From an uncultured candidatus Porisulfidus sp. (lineage in GTDB: Bacteria; Pseudomonadota; Gammaproteobacteria; Poriferisulfidales; Poriferisulfidaceae), in assembly GCA_965199755.1 (NCBI GenBank), contig CBDASZ010000001.1, positions 160,001 to 224,000 of the forward strand: DNA of 64,000 bases, in the 5' to 3' direction. Below the pieces are notes generated by a model. It made no database searches. It was given only the letters and a program-made list of their open reading frames with translations, and was not told where the DNA came from. A program made the position numbers and the translations under genes. Of this stretch, positions 11,725 through 23,570 are shown piece after piece. Positions within the stretch are counted from its first letter, which is position 1. Each line of letters starts with the position of its first letter.

Positions 11725-12205
11725 GGCCCAGCTCCTCCAGAATCTCATCCACCCGCTCGGGGCTGAGGTTCTCGTAGTAGACGTGATCGACCTGCATCAT
11801 CGGCGCGCCGCAGCAGCCGGCCAGACATTCCTCTTCCAACTTCAGAAAGTAACGCCCGTCAGCGGTAGACTCGCCCGGCGCAACGCCCAGACGCTCACTG
11901 AGGTGGTTCAAAATCTCCTCGCCGCCGCGCAGCCAGCAGGAAATGTTGGTGCACACCGAAATGGTGTGCCGGCCCACCGGCTGGTGGTTGAAGCCAGTGT
12001 AGAAGGAGCCGACTTCGTACACCTGAATCGGCGGCAGATCAAGGTGTTCAGCCACCATGTCCATGCGCTCAGGCGTGAGGTGGCCGTATTCCTTCTGCGC
12101 TTCGCGCAATGCGCCCAACACCGCCGAGCGGCGATGCTCGTTCGGGAAGCGCTGCACCCATTCGTCGATGCGCGTGCGCAACTTCGCGCTCAGCTTACCC
12201 CTCAT
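11717..12205 (-). CDS. nuoE: NADH-quinone oxidoreductase subunit E
   Basis: [11 protein letters not shown] and [10 protein letters not shown] 2Fe-2S ligands; start MRGKLS overlaps the nuoD stop. Confidence 0.95.
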   Translation of the reverse strand: MRGKLSAKLRTRIDEWVQRFPNEHRRSAVLGALREAQKEYGHLTPERMDMVAEHLDLPPIQVYEVGSFYTGFNHQPVGRHTISVCTNISCWLRGGEEILNHLSERLGVAPGESTADGRYFLKLEEECLAGCCGAPMMQVDHVYYENLSPERVDEILEELGHD

Positions 12206-13470
12206 CGGTCGACCTCGCCGAACACCAGGTCCAAAGTGCCCAGAAGCGCCACCACATCCGCCAGCATGTGCCCGCGCGCCAGTTCGTCCAGCGCCGCCAG
12301 GTGGGCGAAGCCCGGTGCCCGAATCTTGAGACGGTAGGGCTTGTTGGCACCGTCCGACACCAGATAGATACCGAACTCGCCTTTCGGATGCTCGATCGCA
12401 GCGTAGGTCTCGCCGGGCGGGATGCAATAGCCTTCCGAGAACAACTTGAAGTGATGAATCAGCGCCTCCATGTCGTGCTCCAGCCGCGGGCGCGGCGGCG
12501 GCGTGATCTTGTGATCATCCGCGATCACCGGCCCCGGGTTCGCACGCAGCCAGTCGACGCACTGCTTGATGATGTGATTGGACTGGCGCATCTCCTCGAC
12601 GCGCACCAGATAACGGTCGTAGCAATCGCCGTTGGTGCCGACCGGCACCTCGAAGTCCAACGCCTCATACACCGCGTAAGGCTGACGGCGACGCAAGTCC
12701 CACGGCACCCCGCAGCCGCGCAGCATCGGTCCGGTGAAGCCCAGTTGCAGGGCCTGCTCGGTGGTGACGATGCCGATATCCACGGTGCGCTGCTTCCAGA
12801 TCCGGTTGTCCGTCAGCAGGGTCTCGTATTCGTCCACGCAACCTGGAAAGCGCTCGGTGAAGGCGTCAATAAAATCCAGCAGGCTACCCTGTCGGTCGCG
12901 GTTGCGGCGCTGCATTGTGCGCCGGGCCTTGCGCGTCAGTGAGGAGAACCGCGGCGCGTCATGCTGCGGCATGCGCTCCGGCAAATCCCGGTGCACGCCG
13001 CCGGGGCGATAGTAGGTCGCGTGCATGCGCGCGCCTGAAGCCGCTTCATAGCAGTCCATCAAGTCCTCGCGCTCGCGAAAGGCATACAGAAACACGCTCA
13101 TCGCGCCGATATCAAGCGCGTGCGCGCCCAGCCACAGCAGGTGATTGAGGATGCGGGTGATCTCATCGAACATCACCCGAATGTACTGCGCGCGAACCGG
13201 CGGCTCGATGTCCAGCAACTGTTCAAGCGCGCGCACGTACGCATGTTCGTTGCACATCATCGACACGTAGTCGAGCCGATCCATATAGCCGATGCTCTGG
13301 TTGTACGGTTTGCTCTCGGCCAGTTTCTCGGTGCCGCGATGCAGCAAGCCGATGTGCGGGTCGATCTGCTGCACCACCTCGCCGTCGAGTTCCATGACCA
13401 GACGCAGCACGCCGTGCGAGGCCGGATGCTGCGGCCCGAAATTCATGGTGTAACTGTGAATCTCCGCCAT
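12202..13470 (-). CDS. nuoD: NADH-quinone oxidoreductase subunit D
   Basis: [32 protein letters not shown]-terminus. Confidence 0.98.
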   Translation of the reverse strand: MAEIHSYTMNFGPQHPASHGVLRLVMELDGEVVQQIDPHIGLLHRGTEKLAESKPYNQSIGYMDRLDYVSMMCNEHAYVRALEQLLDIEPPVRAQYIRVMFDEITRILNHLLWLGAHALDIGAMSVFLYAFREREDLMDCYEAASGARMHATYYRPGGVHRDLPERMPQHDAPRFSSLTRKARRTMQRRNRDRQGSLLDFIDAFTERFPGCVDEYETLLTDNRIWKQRTVDIGIVTTEQALQLGFTGPMLRGCGVPWDLRRRQPYAVYEALDFEVPVGTNGDCYDRYLVRVEEMRQSNHIIKQCVDWLRANPGPVIADDHKITPPPRPRLEHDMEALIHHFKLFSEGYCIPPGETYAAIEHPKGEFGIYLVSDGANKPYRLKIRAPGFAHLAALDELARGHMLADVVALLGTLDLVFGEVDR

Positions 13471-14144
13471 CAGTACTTCTCCCGCAACACTCTGGGGACG
13501 CCGACCCGCGCGTCAATCGAGACCGGCTCATACACGACCCGGCGCGCCTCGGCGTCATAGCGCACTTCCATATGGCCGCTGAGCGGAAAATCGCGGCGCA
13601 GCGGGTGGCCGATGAAGCCGTAGTCGGTCAGGATACGGCGCAGGTCCGGATGGCCTTCAAACACGATGCCGAACAAATCAAAGGCCTCGCGTTCGTACCA
13701 GTCAGCGCAACGCCACAGGTCGCGCACCGACGGCAACGATGGCCATTCTCCGCCGGCGCACCTAGCGCGCACCCGAAGGCGGCGATTGTGCGTCAGCGAC
13801 AGCAAGTGATAGACCACCGCGAAGCGGCGCTCATCAGACACCGGCTCATGCGGCTGCGCAAATGACAGACGGCCTGAGGTGCCCGGCACCACCGCGCGCG
13901 AAAACCCGGTAGCGGTGGCCGCGCTGGTCTTCCATTCGGTCTGCCCGAACTCGGCATAGTCCATGCCGGCCAAATCAATCAGTTGCGCGAAACGAAACGA
14001 CTCGGCATCGCGCAACTCGCGCAGCACCTCGCTCAGATGTTCAGCAGTGACTTCAAGGGCGGGGCCGTCCGCGTGTTCCTGCAGTTGCACGCGCGAACCA
14101 AAGTGTTCGGCGAGTGCCGTGCCCCAAGGAGTGCCCGCATCCAT
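13470..14144 (-). CDS. nuoC: NADH-quinone oxidoreductase subunit C
   Basis: [38 protein letters not shown]; start MDAGTPW in a TAATG overlap with nuoB. Confidence 0.95.
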   Translation of the reverse strand: MDAGTPWGTALAEHFGSRVQLQEHADGPALEVTAEHLSEVLRELRDAESFRFAQLIDLAGMDYAEFGQTEWKTSAATATGFSRAVVPGTSGRLSFAQPHEPVSDERRFAVVYHLLSLTHNRRLRVRARCAGGEWPSLPSVRDLWRCADWYEREAFDLFGIVFEGHPDLRRILTDYGFIGHPLRRDFPLSGHMEVRYDAEARRVVYEPVSIDARVGVPRVLREKY

Positions 14145-14659
14145 TAGCGAGCCTTTTTGTTCGCCCGGCGGATCTTGTGCTGCAGCTGCAACACGCCGTA
14201 CAGCAAGGCTTCCGCCGTGGGCGGGCAACCGGGGACGTAGATGTCCACCGGAACGATCCGGTCGCAACCGCGCACCACCGAATAGGAATAGTGATAGTAG
14301 CCACCGCCGTTGGCGCACGAACCCATTGAGATGACCCATTTCGGATCCGGCATCTGGTCGTAGACGCGGCGCAACGCCGGGGCCATCTTGTTGACCAGCG
14401 TGCCCGCCACGATCATCACGTCCGACTGGCGCGGGCTCGGCCGAAACAGCATCCCGAAACGATCCAGGTCATACCGCGCCGCCCCCGCATGCATCATCTC
14501 TATCGCACAACAGGCGAGCCCAAAGGTCATCGGCCACAGTGAGCCGGAGCGGGCCCAGTTCGCCAGCGCATCGGCGCTGGTCACCATGAAGCCTTTTTGC
14601 TGCAGTTGCCCGGCGGACAGCGGGTGCACCTGCGTGGCGTACAGCTCCATTAATCCCAT
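14144..14659 (-). CDS. nuoB: NADH-quinone oxidoreductase subunit B
   Basis: [30 protein letters not shown]. Confidence 0.97.
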   Translation of the reverse strand: MGLMELYATQVHPLSAGQLQQKGFMVTSADALANWARSGSLWPMTFGLACCAIEMMHAGAARYDLDRFGMLFRPSPRQSDVMIVAGTLVNKMAPALRRVYDQMPDPKWVISMGSCANGGGYYHYSYSVVRGCDRIVPVDIYVPGCPPTAEALLYGVLQLQHKIRRANKKAR

Positions 14660-15006
14660 TCCAGCGCTCCCTGCCGCAATTCATAGACAAAACCGACCGC
14701 GAGCAGCAGCAGAAAGACCGCCATGCTCACCAGCCCGAACGTGCCCACCGCGTCCAGCGCCACCGCCCAAGGGAACAGAAACGCCACCTCCAGATCAAAC
14801 AGCACGAACAGAATCACCACCAGATAATAACGCACGTCAAAGCCCATATGCGCGTCATCCAGAGCGTCAAAGCCGCACTCATACGGCAGTTCTTTTTCCG
14901 GGGTCGGCGCGCGCGGCGCGAACAAGCGCCCAATCACCAGTATGGCGACGCCGATTCCAGCGCCCATTCCAAGAAACAGCAACACGGCCAAGTATTTGTC
15001 CAACAT
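14650..15006 (-). CDS. nuoA: NADH-quinone oxidoreductase subunit A
   Basis: [26 protein letters not shown]; start ambiguous (15006/15009/15012). Confidence 0.95.
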   Translation of the reverse strand: MLDKYLAVLLFLGMGAGIGVAILVIGRLFAPRAPTPEKELPYECGFDALDDAHMGFDVRYYLVVILFVLFDLEVAFLFPWAVALDAVGTFGLVSMAVFLLLLAVGFVYELRQGALEWD

Positions 15007-15128
15007 CATCAAACCTCATGCATCCCCATGCACTTTCCCCCGACTCCCCTCATCGCCTCCGGCAGCGTACAAGAGGCGGGCGTCTCGACGCGGACACCGG
15101 CATTGGATTATAACTGTTAGGAGCGGGC

Positions 15129-15205
<77 letters not shown>

Positions 15206-15226
15206 GCCTTGCTCCGACGGTGCGCT

Positions 15227-15772
15227 TCAAGCGCCGCCACCCTCCACAATGGTGAGCAGATTGGCCAGATCATCGGCGTGCTCCTCTTCCATTTTGAGGA
15301 TATCCTCAATCATCCGGCGCGTGGTGGGATCATTGTCTTTCAGCCAGCGGATGATCTCCGAATAGGTCTCGATCGCGATGCGCTCGGCAACCAGATCCTC
15401 ACGAATCATCTCTTCGAGCGTCTCGCCCTCGGAATATTCGGCGTGTGCCCGTGTCGCCAGACCCTCCGGGTTGAAGTTCGGCGCACCGCCTAGCTGCGTG
15501 ATCCGTTGCGCCACCCAGTCGACGTGCATCTGTTCCTCGTTGGCATGTTCCAGAAACTCGGCCGCCACCACCGGCGAGTTGACGCCGCTCGCCATGTAAT
15601 AGTGATTGCGATAGCGCAGTACGCAGACCAGCTCGGTCGCCAGCACCTCATTGAGCACCTCGATTACTTTCTCAATGTCCGCGCCGTAAGCGTCGGTGAC
15701 CGCGCCATCACTCATTTTTGCGCGCGCCCGCTCGCGAATCGCCGCCAAATCCATGCTGAATTCTTGCGCCAT
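15227..15772 (-). CDS. ferritin-like diiron protein (bacterioferritin/DpsL-like)
   Basis: E..EEQMH..RITQLGG..EDL.AERIAIETY..EEEH ferroxidase ligands; GGAGAGG Shine-Dalgarno before the ATG at 15772. Confidence 0.85.
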   Translation of the reverse strand: MAQEFSMDLAAIRERARAKMSDGAVTDAYGADIEKVIEVLNEVLATELVCVLRYRNHYYMASGVNSPVVAAEFLEHANEEQMHVDWVAQRITQLGGAPNFNPEGLATRAHAEYSEGETLEEMIREDLVAERIAIETYSEIIRWLKDNDPTTRRMIEDILKMEEEHADDLANLLTIVEGGGA

Positions 15773-15850
15773 CAGTGTTCCTCTCCCAGAGTGGGTTGTG
15801 TCCTCACATTCTAGCACCCATGCCGCGCAGGCGGTATACTGACCCCTCCG

Positions 15851-16669
15851 ATGACGCGCCTCATTGTCTTCGCTTTATTGCTGGTCTGCATGGGGCCCCT
15901 TCCCGCTATGGAACTTTCACTGGACGGCGCGCTGACTCAAGGCGGATTGCTCCGCGGCCAGGTCGCGCCGGGACAGCGCCTGTGGCTGGACGGCGAGAAA
16001 ATCGCCACCACGCCGCAAGGCCATTTTGTGTTCGGCTTCGGCCGCGACCATGCCGCCTCCGCGCAGTTGCGCGTCGAGGACCTTGACGGCGTGGCGCACG
16101 AACAGGAACTCGCGATCGCCCCGCGCGAATATGAGACCCAGCATATCCGCGGCCTGCCCAAGCGCAAGGTCAGCCCGAAAGAAGAGGATCTCGAACGCAT
16201 CCGCGACGATCAAATGCAGGTCGCCAAAGCGCGCGCCGTCTTCAGCGATCATGACGGCTTCACTGAAGCGTTCCGCTGGCCGGCTCTTGGAACCATCAGC
16301 GGCGTCTACGGCAGCGCGCGGGTTCTCAACGGCGAGCCGCGCCAACCGCATTACGGCATTGACATCGCCGCCGACGAAGGAACACCGGTGGTGGCGCCGG
16401 CTTCCGGGCGCGTGACGCTGGCGCACCCGGATATGTTCTTCACCGGGGTCACGGCCATCATCGACCACGGCTTCGGTGTGTCCTCCACGTTCCTGCACCT
16501 GCAGCAGATCGAAGTCGAAGTCGGACAGATGCTGCAGGCCGGCGAGCGCTTCGCCACGGTCGGCTCAACCGGACGCTCAACCGGGCCGCACCTGGACTGG
16601 CGCGTGAACTGGTTTGACACGCGCGTCGACCCGGCCTTGCTGGTCGGCCCCATGCCGGAAACGCCATGA
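15851..16669 (+). CDS. M23 family metallopeptidase (peptidoglycan endopeptidase)
   Basis: signal peptide; HYGID (HxxxD) and TGPHL motifs. Confidence 0.9.
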   Translation: MTRLIVFALLLVCMGPLPAMELSLDGALTQGGLLRGQVAPGQRLWLDGEKIATTPQGHFVFGFGRDHAASAQLRVEDLDGVAHEQELAIAPREYETQHIRGLPKRKVSPKEEDLERIRDDQMQVAKARAVFSDHDGFTEAFRWPALGTISGVYGSARVLNGEPRQPHYGIDIAADEGTPVVAPASGRVTLAHPDMFFTGVTAIIDHGFGVSSTFLHLQQIEVEVGQMLQAGERFATVGSTGRSTGPHLDWRVNWFDTRVDPALLVGPMPETP

Positions 16670-17169
16670 GACGCCCTGCTCCATTGCAACTGGCGTTGCT
16701 GCTGGCCGTGATCGGCGGCTTCGCGACCGCTGCGCAGGCGGACAGCCCGATTGACAAGGTGCTGGTCGAGAAATCACAAATGCGCCTGAGCCTGATGTCG
16801 CGCGGGCGCGCCGTGCGCAGCTTCCCGATCTATCTCGGCGGCAACCCGGTCGGCCACAAACAATACCAGGGCGACCTGCGCACGCCGGAAGGCCGCTACG
16901 TGCTGCACCGGCGCAACGCCCAAAGCCGCTTCTACCGCTCGCTGCGCCTCGATTATCCCAACGCGGCCGATCGCGATCGCGCGCGCCGTCTTGGCAAATC
17001 GCCCGGCGGCGATATCATGATTCACGGACTGCCGGAACTGGAGAAACGCAGCCTGCTGATGTTCGCAGGACGCTACTGGACGGACGGCTGCATCGCGCTC
17101 AGCAACGCCCATATGCAGGAAGTCTGGGAGCTGGTGGAACTCCAGACCCCGATCGAAATCCGCCCCTGA
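16666..17169 (+). CDS. L,D-transpeptidase family protein (YkuD domain)
   Basis: GDLRTPEG, IMIHG...WTDGCIAL catalytic His/Cys. Confidence 0.9.
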   Translation: MRRPAPLQLALLLAVIGGFATAAQADSPIDKVLVEKSQMRLSLMSRGRAVRSFPIYLGGNPVGHKQYQGDLRTPEGRYVLHRRNAQSRFYRSLRLDYPNAADRDRARRLGKSPGGDIMIHGLPELEKRSLLMFAGRYWTDGCIALSNAHMQEVWELVELQTPIEIRP

Positions 17170-17366
17170 ACGGCGACGCAATCTCCAAAAACCCCCTTCC
17201 CCAGTTAAAACTATTGAAAATCAATAGCCTGTAGCGGTTCCAATTTGAAAGGGTTTTGCAATATTGTTGAAATTTCCTACACTTGCGAATGCGCTTTTTT
17301 GTATATCGTATAGTCATTTCCCCTTTTCAACTCTCGCGCCTGCTGCGACAGACCGGTACCGAATTC

Positions 17367-18719
17367 GTGTCCTCTGTAACTTGGCAAGCTTGCTTACGCC
17401 GCATGGAAGCGGAGTTTCCGGAATCGGAAGTCAATACCTTTTTGCGACCGCTTCTTGCCGAAGAACAATCCGGCATTTTGCACCTGCTCGCCCCTAACCT
17501 CGTCCTGTTCCAGCAAGTCCGCGAACGCTTTTTGTCGCACATCGTGCAATTCATCAGTACCGACGCGGCCGAGACTTTTGACGTGAAACTGATGGTCGGC
17601 ACGGCGAAGACGGCATCGCAACCGCACACCTTAGGTGGGCACAATGGCACGAGCCCGTCCCCGCCACCAGACGCCGTCACCTGCGACCCCCTGCTGCCGC
17701 GCTTCACATTTGAGAACTTCGTGGTTGGTCGCTCCAATGAGATCCCCTACACCGTCGCCCTTGAGATCACCGAAGGCGCGGACATCTACAGCCCGTTTCT
17801 GATTTATGGCGGCGTCGGCCTTGGCAAGACCCATCTGATGCAAGCGATCGGCAACCGCTTGCTGGAGCGGCAAAAGGGACTCAATGTTCTCTACCTGCAC
17901 TGCGAGCAATTCGTGCAAAGTCTGGTCAGCTCCCTGCAGCTCAAACAAACCGAGCGCTTCAAGGCGTTCTACCGCAGCGCCGACGTGTTGCTGATCGACG
18001 ATATTCAGTTTCTGGCCGACAAGCCGCGCTCCCAGGAAGAGTTCTTCCACACCTTCAACTCTCTGCTGGAAAGACAATGCCAGATCGTCTTCACTTGTGA
18101 TCGTTATCCCAAGGAAATCAATGGCCTGGAGGCGCGTCTGTGTTCACGCCTGGGAGGCGGTTTCTCGGCCTTTATCGAGCCGCCGAACACCGAACTGCGC
18201 GCCGCTATCCTGCTGAGCAAAGCGGCCCAGCGTGAAGTTGAACTGCCACACGACGTGGCATTTTTTATCGCTGAAAACATGATCGGCAGCATCCGCGAAC
18301 TGGAAAGCGCGCTGTCGCGCGTCATCCTGCAGGCCGGTGTCGAGAATGCCGCGATCGATGTGGCCTTCGCCCGCTACGCCCTGCGCGACATCATGCCGGT
18401 GCGAGACCGGCTCATCAACGTACACAGCATCCGTCAAGCCACCGCCGAATACTTCGGCATTCAGGAAGACATCCTGAGCTCGCGGCGGCGCTCGAAAGAC
18501 ATCGTCGTGCCCCGGCAACTGGCCATGAAACTGACGCACGAGCTGACTTCGATGAGCCTCGCGTCCATTGGCGAGGCCTTCGGCGGGCGCGACCATACCA
18601 CCGTGCTTCACGCCTGTCAGAAAATCGACAACATCCTCAACGGCGTGGAGAATATGAGCGGCGAAGCGCAAAAGATCCGTGACGCACACAAGAACATAAA
18701 GCGGAAACTGCTAAACTGA
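17367..18719 (+). CDS. dnaA: chromosomal replication initiator DnaA
   Basis: FTFENFVVG, GGVGLGKTHL, LLIDDIQF, IGEAFGGRDHTTVLHA; likely GTG start at 17367 (MSSVTWQACL). Confidence 0.97.
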   Translation: MSSVTWQACLRRMEAEFPESEVNTFLRPLLAEEQSGILHLLAPNLVLFQQVRERFLSHIVQFISTDAAETFDVKLMVGTAKTASQPHTLGGHNGTSPSPPPDAVTCDPLLPRFTFENFVVGRSNEIPYTVALEITEGADIYSPFLIYGGVGLGKTHLMQAIGNRLLERQKGLNVLYLHCEQFVQSLVSSLQLKQTERFKAFYRSADVLLIDDIQFLADKPRSQEEFFHTFNSLLERQCQIVFTCDRYPKEINGLEARLCSRLGGGFSAFIEPPNTELRAAILLSKAAQREVELPHDVAFFIAENMIGSIRELESALSRVILQAGVENAAIDVAFARYALRDIMPVRDRLINVHSIRQATAEYFGIQEDILSSRRRSKDIVVPRQLAMKLTHELTSMSLASIGEAFGGRDHTTVLHACQKIDNILNGVENMSGEAQKIRDAHKNIKRKLLN

Positions 18720-18917
18720 ATCCGCTTGGGGGAATCATGTGGATAAGTCGTTTACAATTCACACCATGTTTTTCTTCACCTCCCGCCATCCCCAATCCAC
18801 CGCAATGTATGCTCTCTTCTCCACCCGCTGTGTGGATAATAAATCATTGATACTCGGTGGCTTTAAGCGGTTTTCCACGATGGAGACCATTCCTAACAAC
18901 AATAAGGATTTAAAAGA
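18720..18917. other. oriC: replication origin oriC (dnaA-dnaN intergenic)
   Basis: perfect DnaA boxes TGTGGATAA at 18738-18746 and 18831-18839; degenerate TTTTCCACG at 18871; IHF consensus (minus strand TATCAATGATTTA) at 18840-18852; trio-like TAACAACAATAA near 18894; plus strand looks C-rich to the left and G-rich to the right. Confidence 0.85.
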
Positions 18918-20033
18918 ATGAAATTTACCATTGTTCAATCCGAACTGGTCGCGCCACTGACACGGCTGGCCGGCATCGTGCCCGGAGCGCAAACGGTTAG
19001 CGCGATGAGCGACATTTTGATCGAACCTGTCGATGGCGGGTTTCGTGTCACAGCGACTGATAACAATTTGCGTATGGCCTTCAATGTGGCAGCCGAGGGC
19101 GAGGACATTACCACATGCACACTGCCTGCGAAAAAATTGCTGGATGTATGTTCCCGCTTTCCTAGTGACGCCGCCATCAGTTTTGAACATGACGCCGAGC
19201 AGGAACGGATGCGCTTCTCATGCGGTAGCAGCAAATATGAGTTGGTTACGCGGGATCCCGCGGCGTTTCCAGGTATTGAGTCCAATGAGGATGACTGTAG
19301 TATCGAGATCCCGGAACCAATGCTGCTGAGCCTGCTGTCACCGGTCAAATACGCCGCCTCGCAGAACGACATGCGCTATTACCTGATGGGCGTGTTGCTG
19401 GATGTAACGTCGGATGGCGTCGCCACCGCCGCGACCGACGGTCACCGATTGGCCATGCGCGAGGAACCTTGGGATACCGGAATGTCCGAGCCGCGCCAAT
19501 TGATTCTGCCGAACAAGAGCGTGGAGGAGCTGAGCCGGATTCTGAAGCCGGACACGGACGATGTTGTGGTGCTGCATCTGGCCGGGAACCACCTGAAAGT
19601 CGAGATGACCGGCATTCGCGACGGCATGGACACGATTCTGGTGGAGGGCAAGTACCCGGATTATCGCGCCGTGGTGCCGACCGACAGGGAAATTCAGGTG
19701 ACGGTGGCGCGCAATGACTTCCTGCAAGCGACAGAACGCCTGCAAGCGGTGTCTGATGAATCTCTCAAGGGCGTCAAGATCAGTCTCGACGAGCAGGGCA
19801 TCGCGGTGAATTGCCAGAACAATATGGGCGATATGGGCAGCGAGGTATTCGCCGCCGAGTATTCTGGCGGAGAGGTGAGTATATCTTTGAATATCAAATA
19901 CTTACAGGATGCCTTGGCGAATATCAAGGCCGATGAGGTGACGCTCTGGTTCAAGGATGAGTCGAGCAGCATTCTGCTGACTTCAGAGATCGGGGGAGAC
20001 GGCAAGCACATCATCATGCCGATGCGGACGTGA
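18918..20033 (+). CDS. dnaN: DNA polymerase III beta sliding clamp
   Basis: ATDGHRL, EGKYPDY, IIMPMR C-terminus. Confidence 0.97.
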   Translation: MKFTIVQSELVAPLTRLAGIVPGAQTVSAMSDILIEPVDGGFRVTATDNNLRMAFNVAAEGEDITTCTLPAKKLLDVCSRFPSDAAISFEHDAEQERMRFSCGSSKYELVTRDPAAFPGIESNEDDCSIEIPEPMLLSLLSPVKYAASQNDMRYYLMGVLLDVTSDGVATAATDGHRLAMREEPWDTGMSEPRQLILPNKSVEELSRILKPDTDDVVVLHLAGNHLKVEMTGIRDGMDTILVEGKYPDYRAVVPTDREIQVTVARNDFLQATERLQAVSDESLKGVKISLDEQGIAVNCQNNMGDMGSEVFAAEYSGGEVSISLNIKYLQDALANIKADEVTLWFKDESSSILLTSEIGGDGKHIIMPMRT

Positions 20034-20040
20034 CGCACCG

Positions 20041-21126
20041 GTGCATCTGTCCCGTCTGGAAATCCAGAATCTGCGTTGCCTGAAAGCAGTCCCGGAGCTG
20101 GAGTTTCATCCAGAACTTAATATCATTACGGGCGCGAACGCGGCCGGCAAAACGACGTTGCTGGAATCCATTGACCTGCTGGCGCGCGGGCGGAGCTTCC
20201 GCAGTTCGCGGCCGCGGGAATTGATCACCCGGGGCGAATCCGGGTATTTGTTGCGCGGGCAGGTGTGCCGGCGCAACTCAGACGAAGGGGAAGAGGAGGT
20301 GTTCTGGCTGAGCCAGAGCCGAACGCCGGAAACTCTGGAGCTGCGCTGTGATCGCGAGCCGCTAAGCGGACTCGCAAGTCTGGCTGCGCGTCTGGCGGTA
20401 CAGAGCATCCACCCGGACAGCCAGGCATTGGTGCATGGCGCGCCGCGTCGCCGGCGATCATGGCTGGACTGGGGCGTGTTCCACGTGGAACCGGCCTATC
20501 GGCCGGTCTGGGCAGCCTATCAGCGCGCCCTGAAGCAGCGCAACGCGGCATTGAAGGCGCGACAGGATCCACAGCCCTGGAATGCGACGCTGGCGGAGGC
20601 CGGAGAGGCGATAGACCAATACCGCTGTAACTATCTCGACGAAGTGCGGGATTCGATTGACGGGTTCGCGCAGATTTTGCTGCCCGGACAGGAACTAAAC
20701 TTCCAATATCGGCCGGGTTTTGATCGCGAGGAAGGGCTGCAAAAGAGTCTGGACACGGCCAGCGCGGCATCGCGCCCGGCGCTGGCGACGGAAGCGGGAC
20801 CGCACCGGGCGGATCTGGAATGGACGCTGGACGGCATGCCGGCGGCGCATTGCGCATCGCGGGGGCAAACCAAACTGTTGGTCAGTTGCCTGCTGCTGGG
20901 GCAGGTGGTGCTGTTCCAGGAACTGCGCAACCAGAACTGTGTGCTGCTGGTGGATGATCTCGCATCAGAACTGGACGCCACGCGGATGGGGCGCATGATG
21001 GAGGCGCTGTCGCGTTGTGAGGCGCAGTTGTTCGCCAGTTGCGTGGGCGAGGAATCCGGGGTTTTCCCTCTGGCTTCAGGCGGGCAAATGTTCCATGTGG
21101 AACAAGGGGCCATTTCATTGACTTAA
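20041..21126 (+). CDS. recF: DNA replication/repair protein RecF
   Basis: GANAAGKTTLLE, GPHRADL, SRGQ, LLVDDLASELD. Confidence 0.96.
   Translation: MHLSRLEIQNLRCLKAVPELEFHPELNIITGANAAGKTTLLESIDLLARGRSFRSSRPRELITRGESGYLLRGQVCRRNSDEGEEEVFWLSQSRTPETLELRCDREPLSGLASLAARLAVQSIHPDSQALVHGAPRRRRSWLDWGVFHVEPAYRPVWAAYQRALKQRNAALKARQDPQPWNATLAEAGEAIDQYRCNYLDEVRDSIDGFAQILLPGQELNFQYRPGFDREEGLQKSLDTASAASRPALATEAGPHRADLEWTLDGMPAAHCASRGQTKLLVSCLLLGQVVLFQELRNQNCVLLVDDLASELDATRMGRMMEALSRCEAQLFASCVGEESGVFPLASGGQMFHVEQGAISLT
20477..20492. promoter_or_regulatory. parS: parS centromere-like site inside recF
   Basis: TGTTCCACGTGGAACC; 14-bp palindromic core GTTCCACGTGGAAC. Confidence 0.85.
21089..21104. promoter_or_regulatory. 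parS: second parS site inside the recF 3' end
   Basis: TGTTCCATGTGGAACA, one mismatch to TGTTCCACGTGGAACA. Confidence 0.8.
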
Positions 21127-21156
21127 TGGGCCTGCAGAACTAAAATAGGCAGATGA

Positions 21157-23568
<2,412 letters not shown>

Positions 23569-23570
23569 GC

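Noticed and set aside
17283-17366. N-terminal extensions in the ORF track (dnaA, nuoC/E/I, GH13, rplS, asmA, moaC, lspA, ileS, murJ)
   Set aside because: They overlap neighbours or promoters; family similarity starts at downstream start codons
17577-17590. parS-like TTTTGACGTGAAAC inside dnaA
   Set aside because: Only one good half-site; two mismatches break the palindrome
19892-19904. IHF consensus match TATCAAATACTTA in dnaN
   Set aside because: Isolated degenerate motif within coding sequence, with no supporting DnaA boxes nearby
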